Shown: positions 26,066-37,488, counted from the stretch's first letter. The stretch: DNA of 64,000 nucleotides from Octopus sinensis (GCF_006345805.1 NC_043006.1:19654001-19718000), one strand, 5' to 3'. Made by a program: numbers and translations. The notes: generated by a model not told the origin, from the letters alone.

Positions 26066-26322
26066 CCGTGGTTCCCCAAAGTTTTCAGGCTTGACACCCA
26101 GGCTACATTCCTAGCACCCCCATCCCAACTAACCCTTACAAACAGAGACCCCTTTCTGAAGCAAATTCAAAGCAACTGTATTTCACAAATAAAACTTAAC
26201 CTATCGAACCCATTCTTTTGTTGTTTTTACATGAATCGATACCCCCTTATCACCCAGCTTTTCTTCAATAGAACTTTCCACTGCCCCTAGGGGGGCAATA
26301 CTACCCACTTTGGGAACCACTG
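26066..26322. mobile_element. hAT-type MITE
   Basis: Ends CCGTGGTTCCCC / GGGAACCACTG with a perfect 8-bp TSD ATCTACAC (26058-26065, 26323-26330). Confidence 0.85.
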
Positions 26323-28478
26323 ATCTACACAAACACCAAACCAACAATATGAACACCCCACCATCATCATCATCACAACCTGCATTAACAGTTAAATAAA
26401 AGTTAAATAACGAGGGTAGAAATTGATATTAATTAATATCAATTAATATTATATTTATTTAACTGTTAACACAGGTTGTGATATTAATTAATTAATATCA
26501 ATTAATATTATATTAATTAATTAATAACACTACCACACAATCATCACCACCAACACTAGCACCAACAATAAAACCACATCAGCAACAGGGCTAGTCTTGA
26601 AGCCTCTGCATGGTCATGTGATATGCTAGAAATAGCATCCAGTTCTCCTTGAAATTACTTCCAATCATCTGAGAAAAAAATACATTGGATAATGTTGTCT
26701 TGGGTTACCTGCACAGGAAAAAGATGAGGTGGTCATGGATGGAATGATTTTGATCATGTTTGTTTGGTCAGGATTGATCTGAGGTTAAAATAATGCTATT
26801 ATTCTAGGGTTGTTTGGTTAGAGGCTGACCATAGTAACATAGTACTACCACCAATATCATTAACTGATACCACCATTGAGACCACTAATAACACCACCAC
26901 TACTACAACCAACACCAACACCACCAAATCACCACCAACAACACTATCACTTCCACCACAGTTACCATCAACACCACAACCATCACAACAAAAAAACACC
27001 AATACTACTACTGTCACCACTACTAACGTCATCACCACTGTTACTTCTACTACCACCAACACTGCCAATAGCACCAACAATACCACCACTACTAACACCA
27101 CCACTGCCATCATCGCTGTTACCACTAATACCTATTTCTTTATTACCCACAAGGGGCTAAACACTGAGGGGACAAACAAGGCCAGACATAGATATTAAGT
27201 CGATTACATCGACCCCAGTGCATAACTGGTACTTATTTAATCGACCCCGAAAAGATGAAAGGCAAAGTTGACCTCGGCGGAATTTGAACTCAGAACGTAG
27301 CGGCAGACGAAATACTGCTAAGCATTTCGCCGAGAGTGCTAACGATTCTGCCAGCTCACTGCTAATACCACCACTAATACCACCACCACCACCAACAACA
27401 ACAACAACGTCAATACCATTACCACTACCAGATAACCAACAATAATCCACAATAAGTCTCCACTAAGTATCGAAAATTTAAACTATGTTCAAGTTTGGAC
27501 TTGTAACTCACTTAAGACCATTTAATCTTGTTAGCTTCCATGAGCCTAACTGTGGATATTAAAGTATTTTAATTACAGAAAATAAAGAGACAAGTGGATA
27601 AGGTAAATAAATCAACAAATTATGTGTCAGGAGTTCAAATGCACTGTAAGCCTTTTTTTTCACTGGGCCTCTGACAGTGGTACATTGCATAACAAAGGAC
27701 TAAAATATCTGGCACCTTGAGCTTGAGAAAACCCACTCATCACCACAGAACTGATATCCTAAAACAACCTTGATACATGCTTGTATATGCAAAGCTCTGC
27801 CCAGCTTCCATTCCTTCTTCCCATCAAGCTTCCCCCACATCTCATTCTGCACCTTCATCATTTCTTTATCTCTGATATTATCGGGCTCCCATGATCACTT
27901 GAGAGCAGAATAGGCACATACTACATACACACACACACACACACACACTTTTCCCTAACCTTCCCCTTTTCTTTCCTCACCAGAACTATTTCCATTCCTC
28001 ATTATCTTTTTCCAGCCTTGCTCTCCCCTCACTCTGCTCGATGCAGTCCTTAAAACCACCTCCATTTCTCACTATCTTCTTGCCATGCTCTCTCTCCTCT
28101 CAGCTATATGCCATCCATCCTTACCCCTCATTCATCCCAATCTCTTCCCATGCCTACACATATCAAGCATAACCCCTTTTTCCCCTGAGCCACTCCTCTA
28201 TCACACACCTTCAATTACTACAGCCACCTCTATCCCCCATTTCTTACCATTTCCCCTCACATTCGTATGAAATTTTCCCCGCTGTTTCCCCCATCTAGTC
28301 CAATCCTTTGAATCCCTTTCAGATAAGACTGGAGTCTGGTGCAGCCTTCTGGCTTCCCAGATCCCCAGTCGAACTGTCCAACCCATGCTAGCATGGAGAA
28401 CGGATATTAAACGATGATGATGATGATGATGATATATATATATATATATATACATATTGAAAACAAGGAAGGTCAGTT

Positions 28479-28672
28479 TATGGGATTACCTTAGGATTCC
28501 TGTCCATAAAGAATTTAGCTTTATGGTGTATCGTCAGATCCCAAAACCCCGTTGGCCCATGACCTCTTCAAAATCCTCCTCATGCAGGTCATGGGCCAAC
28601 AGGTTTTTGGGATCTGATGATACGCCATAAAGCTAAACCCTTTGTGGACAGGAAACCTAGGGTAATCCCATA
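28479..28672. repeat. fold-back element (~87-bp arms) carrying two inverted hammerhead motifs
   Basis: TATGGGATTACC..GGCCCATGACCT / AGGTCATGGGCC..GGTAATCCCATA with a ~20-nt spacer. Confidence 0.85.
28609..28669 (+). ncRNA. candidate type I hammerhead ribozyme
   Basis: GGGAU-CUGAUGA-U[acg]CCAUAAAG(cuaaacc)CUUUGUGG[aca]G-GAAA-CC(uag)GGU-A-AUCCC: intact core, 5-bp stem I, 8-bp distal stem II, UA cleavage site. Confidence 0.6.
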
Positions 28673-29539
28673 CACTTCTCTTCCCCATTTTTAATATATA
28701 AACTGTTCTACATCTTAAAGTCTGCTTCTTCTTTTGGGTTTATATTTTCTTCAAACGATATATCAAGATATACTCTTTTACTCTTTTACTTGTTTCAGTC
28801 ATTTGACTGCGGCCATGCTGGAGCACCACCTTTAGTCGAGCAAATCGATCAGGACTTATTCTTTGTAAGCCTAGTACTTATTCTGTCGGTATCTTTTGCC
28901 GAACCGCTAAGTTACAGGGACGTAAACACACCAGCATCGGTTGTCAAGCAATGTTGGGGGACAAACACAGATACACAAACATACACACACATACATATAT
29001 ATACATATATACGACGGGCTACTTTCAGTTTCCGACTATCAAATCCACTCACAAGGCTTTGGTCGGCCTGAGGCTATAGTAGAAGTTACTTGCCCAAGGT
29101 GCCACATAGTGGGACTGAACCCAGAAACATGTGGTTCGTAAGCAAGCTACTTACCACACAGCCACTCCTACGCCTATATATATATATATATATTATATAT
29201 ATATATATATATAATTTAGAAAAAAACACCTTTTATCAATTCAATAATGAAAAAATTAAATTATACCATTTAGAAAAATTACATCTCATAGAAAGATTAA
29301 ATATAAGATAAAACATATACCAATGATTAAGTAATGTGCAAAATAATAAATAAAACGTATATATTTGGTAGAATAACTACATGTGTTTCATGTCTATATT
29401 GAAGAAATGCTAATAGTAAAATCACTTCAATATAAATATAGTCACTCTTCAGGTTAAAGATAAAAACAATAAAATAATTAATTAGATAAATTGATAAATA
29501 TACATATATAATCTTGTAAAATATGAAATATCTTAATGT

Positions 29540-30258
29540 CGCATTTCCATCTGTGATTTGCTTTATAAATGGAATGAAAATGTGCCTTTTTTAAAGCAAA
29601 TTGTGACAGGTGATGAGAAATGGATCATCTACCGAAATGTTCAGAGAAAGTGATCCTAGAGTACGCAACATGAGCCACCCTTAGCCACCCCAAAAGCGAG
29701 TCTTCACCCTAAAAATGTCTTGCTTTGTGTCTGGTGGGATTGGAAAGGAATTCTGTACAATGAGCTTCTCCCAAGTAATCAAACAATTATTCTGAAAAAT
29801 ACTGCACACAACTGGATGAGTTTAAAGCAGCGATTCAAGAGAAATGTCCAGAATTGCCCAACAGGAAGGGTGTTGTTTTCCAACATGATACTGCAAGACT
29901 GCATGTTTCTTTGAGAAGCAGACAAAAATTGCTGCAGCTTGGCTGGGATGTGTTACCCGACCCTCCATATTCACCAGATATTGCCCCTTCGGATTTCCAC
30001 TTATTCAAGTCTCTGCAGAATAGTCTTAATTTTTAAAAATTTCAATTCCTTGGATGATGTAAAAGATACCTTGATGAATTTTTTGGCATGAAACCACCTC
30101 ATTTCTGAAAAGAGGGTATTTTTAAGTTAAAGGAAAGATGGAGATGCATTGTGCAGCAAAATGGTTCATTTTTGGTTGACTAAAAATGTAATGGCAAGTA
30201 TTTATTGACCTTTTTCTTTCCTTTAAAAATTGGCACAAACTTTCCGGACAACCCAATA
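29540..30258 (+). mobile_element. mariner element, 3' half with TIR
   Basis: IVTGDEKW, LCVWWDWKGILY, FQHDTAR and PPYSPDIAPSDFHLF motifs. 3' TIR GGCACAAACTTTCCGGACAACCCAA then TA. Confidence 0.9.
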
Positions 30259-30794
30259 TATACACATATATACATGCATCCATATATTTATATATATATA
30301 CACATATATACATCGATCAACAACAATGGAAATCGTAGCTGTGATACCATTGCCGGTGGCACATAAGAGAACCATCCGAACATGGCCATTGCCAGCACCA
30401 CCCCAACTGCCTCCGTGCCAGTGACATGTAAAAAGCACCATCCAATCGTGGCCATTGCCAGCCTTGCCTGGCCTCCGTGCCGGTGGCATGTAAAAAGCAC
30501 CGTCCGATCGTGGCCATTGCCAGCCTTGCCTGGCCTCTGTGCCAGTGGCACGTAAAAAGCACCATCTGATCATGGCCGTTTACCAGCCTCGTCTGGCACA
30601 TAAAAAGCACCCACCACACTCATGGAGTGGTTGGCGTTAGGAAGGGATTCGAGCTGTAGAAACATTGCCAGATCAGACTGGGCCTGGTGCAGCCTTCTGG
30701 CTTCCCAGACCCCAGTTGAACCGTCCAACCCATGCCAGCATGGAAAGCGGACGCTAAATGATGATGACGATGATGATGACATACATACACACAT

Positions 30795-30825
<31 letters not shown>

Positions 30826-30986
30826 GGTGCAGGTATGGCTGTGTGGTAAGTAACTTAGTTCCAAAACACATGGTCCTGGGTTCAGTCCCACCATGTGGTA
30901 ACTTGGCATGTGTCTTATGCTATAGCCTCAGACCAACCAAAGCCTTGTGAGTGGATTTCATAGACAGAGACTGAAAGAAATCAATC

Positions 30987-31041
<55 letters not shown>

Positions 31042-31255
31042 TGTAAGTGTGTCTGTATTTCTCCCTCATCACTGCTTGACAACTGCTGTTGGCTTATTTA
31101 CATCCTATCTTACTGGTTTGACAAGAAGAGTCTGATAGAATAATTACCAGGCTTATCAAAAAAAAAAAAACTACTATCTTTCTGTGTATATATAATATAC
31201 ACACACAAACACACACACAATCATATATACATGTATGTATATGTGCATATTTATA

Positions 31256-32984
31256 TCCATTATATAAAAGTCAATGTCTTTGTGTGTGTTCATGTGTTAC
31301 TTATAGATTCGAAGACTACTGACCAATCATAATGAAATTTGGAACACAAAATCCAAGCCTAGGGAGAAGGGTAATGCTGTATGTTTCATACAATTTCATG
31401 GACCAAAATTACAGAATGGATCTTTATGATATTTGGAACTTAGATTCAATGCGGGTATAATGCAGTATGCTTGGTTTGAATTTGAGGTGGCTTAAAGGGG
31501 GCAGAATCCCCATGAAAATTCATAAATTTCCAATGTCGATGAAATTTCAACCATAGGTAATTCACACACATCAAGAAGTTTTCCCAAGAAGTACTTCCAA
31601 AGTTTCCGCTCCTCATGAAGATTCTAAGATTCCCCAATGGGGGCCTTAACTCCCAAATTTTAGTCATTTCTTTTATGATTCAAAACAAGGTCAAAAGTAC
31701 TGAATGGATATTTATGAAATTTTAAAATTATATTCTGTGCATAAGGACAGATGTAATGCAGTATATGTTTGAAAGTGAGGGGGCATAAATGAGGCCATAA
31801 CCCCCATGAAAATTCATATATTTTTGCTGTTGATGAAATTTTAACCATAGATATTAGACACAAATGAAGTAATATTTCTAAAATTTCAACTTCTTAGGCA
31901 TTAGTAAGACTGCTTAACCCCAACAATTTAGTCATTTTTTTCCTAAGCCAAGACAAATACAATTGTACTCTTGGAAGCTGTAGAGTCACCCAAGCATACA
32001 AGATGAGCCTTATTTGTATTCAATGGTACGACAGTGAAAGACTTTGCTTTGAGATATACTTAGATTGTGATTTCTGTAATGTGGTGCATAAATTGTCAAG
32101 TAAAGGAGAGGCATCTCTGCCTCCACTGATTCAGTTGCAAAGTGTTTTTTGAGTTGCAGACCTCCTTTGAGTCTTTTTATTATCATTGGGTCAGAGATAG
32201 TCCCCAGATGGTAACATTGATTTCAAGCCCTTCCCAGATAAGTGACTGGCCATTCAAAGAAATTTATAGATTGCAAATTTATTCTGCCCAGTTACTTATG
32301 AGTATAGTGATCATTGAAAAACTCCAGAGGTGACATTTTCATTTCTCCTTAGCCCTCACGTCACACAGTTGTTAAAGTTTATTTGAGTTGGGTCACACTT
32401 TTCCAATAGCTATAGATACGTAATGCATCTTACAGCTGTGCCTGTCTCCTGTATGGTGAGGAATCCTACATTGGGTGGGTGGTAATTACTAGGATAGAAT
32501 AGCTGACTGCTTATTGTGATCATTTGTCTTTGGGTTTCCTGTAGCTTTACTCTCTTTTACAAACCCAGTGAACATTCATATATTTCCGATTTCAAAGAAA
32601 TTTGAACAATAGATATAAGACCTAAGTTAAAAAAGATTCCCAACAATTCAACTTCTCTGGTTGACTTTAAGACCCAAAATGAGCCTTAACTCATACGTTT
32701 TAAAGCTCCATGTGCTCCATTTTTCAGGAGGAAAAACCTTTGAATAGGTTTCATAAGATTTGGATTTTGGAATCTGGGCATAAAGGTGAGTAGTATGGGA
32801 TAAATATGTTATGATTAGAATTTTTGTTAGGGTGTGTAAAGAGAGAAAGAACCTTCATTAAAACTATTAATCTGCAATTTTAATGAAATTCAAATCATAT
32901 GTATTCCAGTTCTGAGAAAATACAAAAGAAAAGACTAATTCTTCAATTGCGTGCCATACGGGCAAAGCCGGGTATCTCTGCTTG
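31256..32984 (+). mobile_element. old non-autonomous Helitron-like element
   Basis: 5' A|TCCATTATATAAAAGTC, internal ~290-bp-period duplication, 3' CGGGCAAAGCCGGG hairpin + CTTG|T. Confidence 0.6.
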
Positions 32985-33073
32985 TATATATATATATATA
33001 CCGGAGTAAACACATAAATGTGAAACAAGGTGGAGAAAAGATATTCTCAAATACCAGTGGTAGAGTAATATGT

Positions 33074-33309
33074 TTTATTTAAAGCAGCAGAAAATTCAAC
33101 AAAACCTGTTACTCTGAGTTTCACGTTGCCATTCGTCGGACAGTTTTTTACTAGAATAACAAAACCTGTTACTCTGAGTTTCAAGTTGCCGTTCATCGGA
33201 CAGTTTTTACTAGAATAGCAAAACTATTCTAGCAAAAACTGTCCGACAAATGGCAACGTGAAACTCAGAGTAACAGGTTTTGTTGAATTTTCTGATGCTT
33301 TAAATAAAG
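33074..33309. repeat. Penelope-LTR-like palindrome with three hammerhead-like units
   Basis: TTTATTTAAAGC..GTTTTT / AAAAAC..GCTTTAAATAAA inverted arms, plus one extra 60-bp tandem unit. Units at 33106-33143(-), 33166-33203(-), 33239-33276(+). Confidence 0.8.
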
Positions 33310-33479
33310 TATATATATATATATATATACATATATACATAATGGGTTTTTAGTTTCCATCTCCCAAATTCACTCACAAAATTTTGGTCAGCTTACGGTT
33401 ATAATAGAAGACACTTGCCCAAAGTGTCAAATGATTGGGAAAATATGCTTCTCAAGTACACAGCCATGTCATTTACAAG

Positions 33480-33850
33480 GTACCACTGGTACTGATGATG
33501 TACCAGTCTGTTGCAGGGTTAAGCCACTAGAAATAGGGTAAACTAGTCTATTGAGGGAGAAATCGTCATTTGTCACTGATACTAAGGGTAACACAGTCTA
33601 TTGATAGGTAAATCCACTAGCTGCCATATGTACTGATAATACCTCAGTTTGTTGATAGGTTAACCCACTAGCTGCTAATGATGTTGAGGGTACTCTAGCC
33701 TATTGATGGGTTAACCCACTAGCTTCCACTGGTACTGAAGGTATACCAATCTGCTAATAGTTTAACCCACTAGCTGCCACTGGAACTGAGGATATTCCAG
33801 TTTCTTGATGGGCTAACCAACAAACAGCCACTTTGTACTGGGGGTACACC
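33480..33850. repeat. degenerate ~51-bp minisatellite upstream of each first exon
   Basis: CCAC anchors at 33614, 33665, 33716, 33767 (unit ~TAACCCACTAGCTGCCACTGGTACTGAGG..). Homologous blocks at ~35345-35710 and ~42660-42915. Confidence 0.8.
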
Positions 33851-34472
33851 ACATCACCCTGAAATGCATTCACTGCATTACCTTCCACCCAATAGCTAGA
33901 TTGTGATCGCCATTCACTTCTACAGCGCCGTCGTCTATACCTTACCCCTTACCCCCTTACCCACCCATGCATCACCCTCCATCCATCCACCCACACTCAC
34001 ACATCATCATCGTCATCATCGTCGTCATTATTGTCATCATCATCATCATCATTATCGTCTTTGTCATTGTCATCATCTTCACCCATTTCTACCCTCTATT
34101 CAACCAACACCACAGCAATAACAACAAGTAACATAAATCAAAGAAATGTCGATAACATTGATAACATAAATTTCTTGAATCTAAACACAACAAAATATCT
34201 TTTAAAGAACTATTAATCAGGATATTGTCCAAACTATACTGGTCCACTATGATTAAAAGAGCTTTAGTGGCTCAAGCAACTGTTAATTCCTGATCAACAA
34301 AATTTTCACTGCATTCCTTGTCATATTTCTAAGCAGTTTGCGAAAAACTCTTCATTCTGTCCATTGCAGCAGTTAAGTCAACAAGGAATGACTTTTGATT
34401 TCAAAGTAATTACTTAAAGAATTAAATTGTGCAGACGAATTTGGTCAAAAGAAATTCTTTATTTCATAAACG

Positions 34473-34770
34473 ATGCATAACATTCTATGGTTAATGATAA
34501 TTGCTTTATACTGTTTCCAACCAGTGCAGACATGGTGGCTTTGGAATAAAAAAAAATCTCCAAACGAATGCATAACCCAAAACATAACTCCATGGTCTGC
34601 CTGCAGACATAGATGTGGAGATATCTCTAAAAGACAAGTAATTGCCCTATGCACACATCATAAAGACAACTTACAGAAATGTGCTCCAGTCTGTGGAATC
34701 CCAGACACCAGAACATCAAAACCATGTTATCCTAGTGGATGCCATTCATCACAATATTGTTGTCCAAATC
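34473..34770 (+). CDS. variable first coding exon A: signal peptide + 10-Cys TSP1-like domain (99 aa + 1 nt)
   Basis: MHNILWLMIIALYCFQPVQT|WWLWNKKKSPNEC..WSACRHRCGDISKRQV..C..C..C..RTSKPCYPSGCHSSQYCCPN. Hydrophobic N-terminus, WSxC..CG..R motif, donor AATC|GTGAGT, phase 1. Confidence 0.85.
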
Positions 34771-36309
34771 GTGAGTACTTACTGTTATATATTTTTTTTA
34801 TATTGTTTGCAGACTACTTGAAGATGCAATATATATATATTGCAAACAACTTGCAAGTACAAGGGCTACCAGTTGAAAGCTCCGCATACCAGATGCTGGC
34901 AAGTTTATGATGTCATCAGGAGAGAATATATGCCATTTTGGGGCCTTCCTCTCGGTGGCATCATTTTGCAAACCACCCACCCTCATTGAAATGAAGCTCT
35001 GCTTACTAGACCAACCGGTTATTAGGTTTCGCTCAATATTCTTTCTTGCTCATAGTCTCTTTTTTAACCAAATCTAGTGGCTCACCTTCTCCACTGTAGT
35101 CTGGACATCACTCAGGGTGGTATTTGTTCTATGATGAGTAACAGGATTTGTTGAATTTTCTGATGCTTTAAATAAAGTATATATATATATATATACATAT
35201 ACATAATGGGTTTTTAGTTTCCATCTACCAAATCCACTCACAAAATTTTGGTCAGCTTACGGTTATAATAGAAGACACTTGCCCAAAGTGTCACATGATT
35301 GGGAAAATATGCTTCTCAAGTACACAGCCATGTCATTTACAAGGTACCACTGGTACTGATGATGTACCAGTCTGTTGCAGGGTTAAGCCACTAGAAATAG
35401 GGTAAACTAGTCTATTGAAGGAGAAATCGTCATTTGTCACTGATACTAAGGGTAACACAGTCTATTGATAGGTAAATCCACTAGCTGCCATATGTACTGA
35501 TAATACTTCAGTTTGTTGATAGGTTAACCCACTAGCTGCTAATGGTGTTGAGGGTACTCTAGCCTATTGATGGGTTAACCCACTAGTTTCCACTGGTACT
35601 GAAGGTACACCAATCTGCTAATAGTTTAACCCACTAGCTGCCACTGGAACTGAGGATATTCCAGTTTCTTGATGGGCTAACCAACAAACAGGCACTGGTA
35701 CTGGGGGTACACCACATCACCCTGAAATGCATTCACAGCATTACCTTCCACCCGATAGCTAGATTGTGATCGCCATTCACTTCTACAGCGCCGTCTGTCT
35801 ATACCTTACCCCTTACCCTCTTACCCAACCATGCATCACCCTCTATCCATCCACCCACACTCTCACATCATCATCGTCGTCATTATTGTCATCATCATCA
35901 TCATCATTATCGTCTTTGTCATTGTCATCATCTTCACCCATTTCTACCCTCTACTCAACCAAAACCACAGCAATAACACGTAATATAAATCAAGGAAATG
36001 TTGATAACATTGATAACATAAATTTCTTGAATCTAAACACAAAATATCTTTTAAATATCTATTAATCAGGATATTGTCCAAACTATACTGGTCCACTATG
36101 ATTAAAAGAGCTTTAGTGGCTCAAGCAACTGTTACTTCCTGACCAACAAAATTTTCACTGCATTCCTTGTCATATTTCTAAGCAGTTTTCATTCTGCCCA
36201 TTGCAGAGAGTAAGTCAACAAGGAATGACTTTTGATTTCTTAGTAATTACTTAAAGAATTAAATTGTGCAGACGAATTTGGTCAAAAGAAATTCTTTATT
36301 TCATAAAGG

Positions 36310-36574
36310 ATGCATGACATTCTATGGTTAATGATAATTGCTTTATACTGTTTCCAACCAGTGCAGACATGGTGCACAATCACAGAAATATCTCCATGGT
36401 CTGCCTGCAGACATAGATGTGGAGATATCTCTAAAAGAGAAGTAAGTACCGCATGCGTACAAGATGAAGACAACTCAGAGAAATGTGCTCCACTCTGTGG
36501 AGTCTCACACATAAGAACATCAAAACCATGTTATCCTAGTGGATGCCACATGTTTCAATATTGTTGTCCAAATC
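36310..36574 (+). CDS. variable first coding exon B (88 aa + 1 nt)
   Basis: Paralog of A with an in-frame 33-nt deletion, all 10 mature Cys kept and the same phase-1 donor AATC|GTGAGT. Confidence 0.85.
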
Positions 36575-36979
36575 GTGAGTACTTACTGTTTTATAATTTT
36601 TTTATATTGTTTGCAGACTACTTGATGCAATATATATATATATATTGCAAACAACTTGCAAGTACCAGGGCTACCAGTTGAAAGTTCCGCATACCAGATG
36701 CTGGCAAGTTTATGATGTCATCAGGAGAGAATGTGTGCCATTTTGGGGCCTTCCTCTCGGTGGCATCATTGTGCAAACCACTCACCCTCATTGAAATGAA
36801 GCCCTGCTTACTAGACCAACTGGTTATTAGGTTTCGCTCAATATTCTTTCTTGCTCATAGTCTCTTTTTTAACCAAATCTATTGGCTCACCTTCTCCACT
36901 GTAGTCTGGACATCACTCATAGTGGTATTTGTTCTATGATGAGCTAGGCCTAGCAACAACAACAACAACAGTCGCCTCA

Positions 36980-37142
36980 CAATGTTTCCAACAAATCCTC
37001 TACATCCAACTTCGATTGGAAAATGCACTGTTTTCCAGCCTGTGTTTTCAGATTCCTCAACGAGGTTTTTATAGCAGTCGATCATTCAATCCTGAGTGGC
37101 ATCCTGATGGATGTCACTCATCGCAATATCATTGTCCAAACC
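36980..37142 (+). pseudogene. relic first exon C
   Basis: ..WHPDGCHSSQYHCPN then AACC|ATAAGTACTCACTACTTTATAATACT, which aligns with D's AATC|GTGAGTACTCATTACATTATAATACT. Donor GT->AT, Cys lost, no signal peptide. Confidence 0.7.
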
Positions 37143-37323
37143 ATAAGTACTCACTACTTTATAATACTATTAATATTCTCTTCCTAATTTCAGTAATAAG
37201 TTTATTATTATTTAAACACACACAACTGTGGCTGTGTGTCTAAAAAGCTTGCTTCCCAATCACATGGCTTCGGGTTCATTCCCACTGTGTGATACCTTCA
37301 ACAATTGTTGTCTACTATATATT

Positions 37324-37488
37324 TCATTTTGTGCCGGGTAGAAGCACCACTGATGCTATATTCCTGGTCCGACAACTGCAGGAGAAGTACCTAGCTAAAG
37401 ATAAACCCCTCTACATAGCTTTTGTGGACTTGGAGAAAGCCTTTGACAGGGTTCCCCGATCCCTTATCTGGTGGTCGATGCGGAAACT
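37324..37488 (+). mobile_element. RTE-clade LINE RT fragment
   Basis: FVPGRSTTDAIFLVRQLQEKY..LYIAFVDLEKAFDRVPRSLIWWSMRKL. Confidence 0.9.

Larger units (their letters stand above)
33268..36943. repeat. tandem segmental duplication (~1.87 kb + ~1.81 kb) containing first exons A and B
   Basis: Unit 1 33268-35135, unit 2 35136-36943. Junction ATGAT-GAG-TAACAGG with 3-bp GAG microhomology. Intron parts differ by ~13 substitutions in ~365 nt (hand count). Confidence 0.95.

Noticed and set aside
26375-26530. AT-rich inverted repeat as a functional element
   Set aside because: Short (26-bp arms) and low complexity, with no TSD or ribozyme core identifiable.
30330-30610. CRISPR-like regularly spaced repeats (GGCACGTAAAAAGCACC every ~55-60 nt; also 24555-24770, 25380-25700)
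   Set aside because: Eukaryotic context, and the 'spacers' are themselves homologous: an internal minisatellite of the family-R retroposon.
33268-36943. A/B as two haplotypes falsely assembled in tandem
   Set aside because: There is a clean microhomology junction and strongly asymmetric divergence (15% mature domain vs ~3.6% intron). A further relic and an older paralog show the locus duplicates repeatedly. Not fully excluded without read depth.
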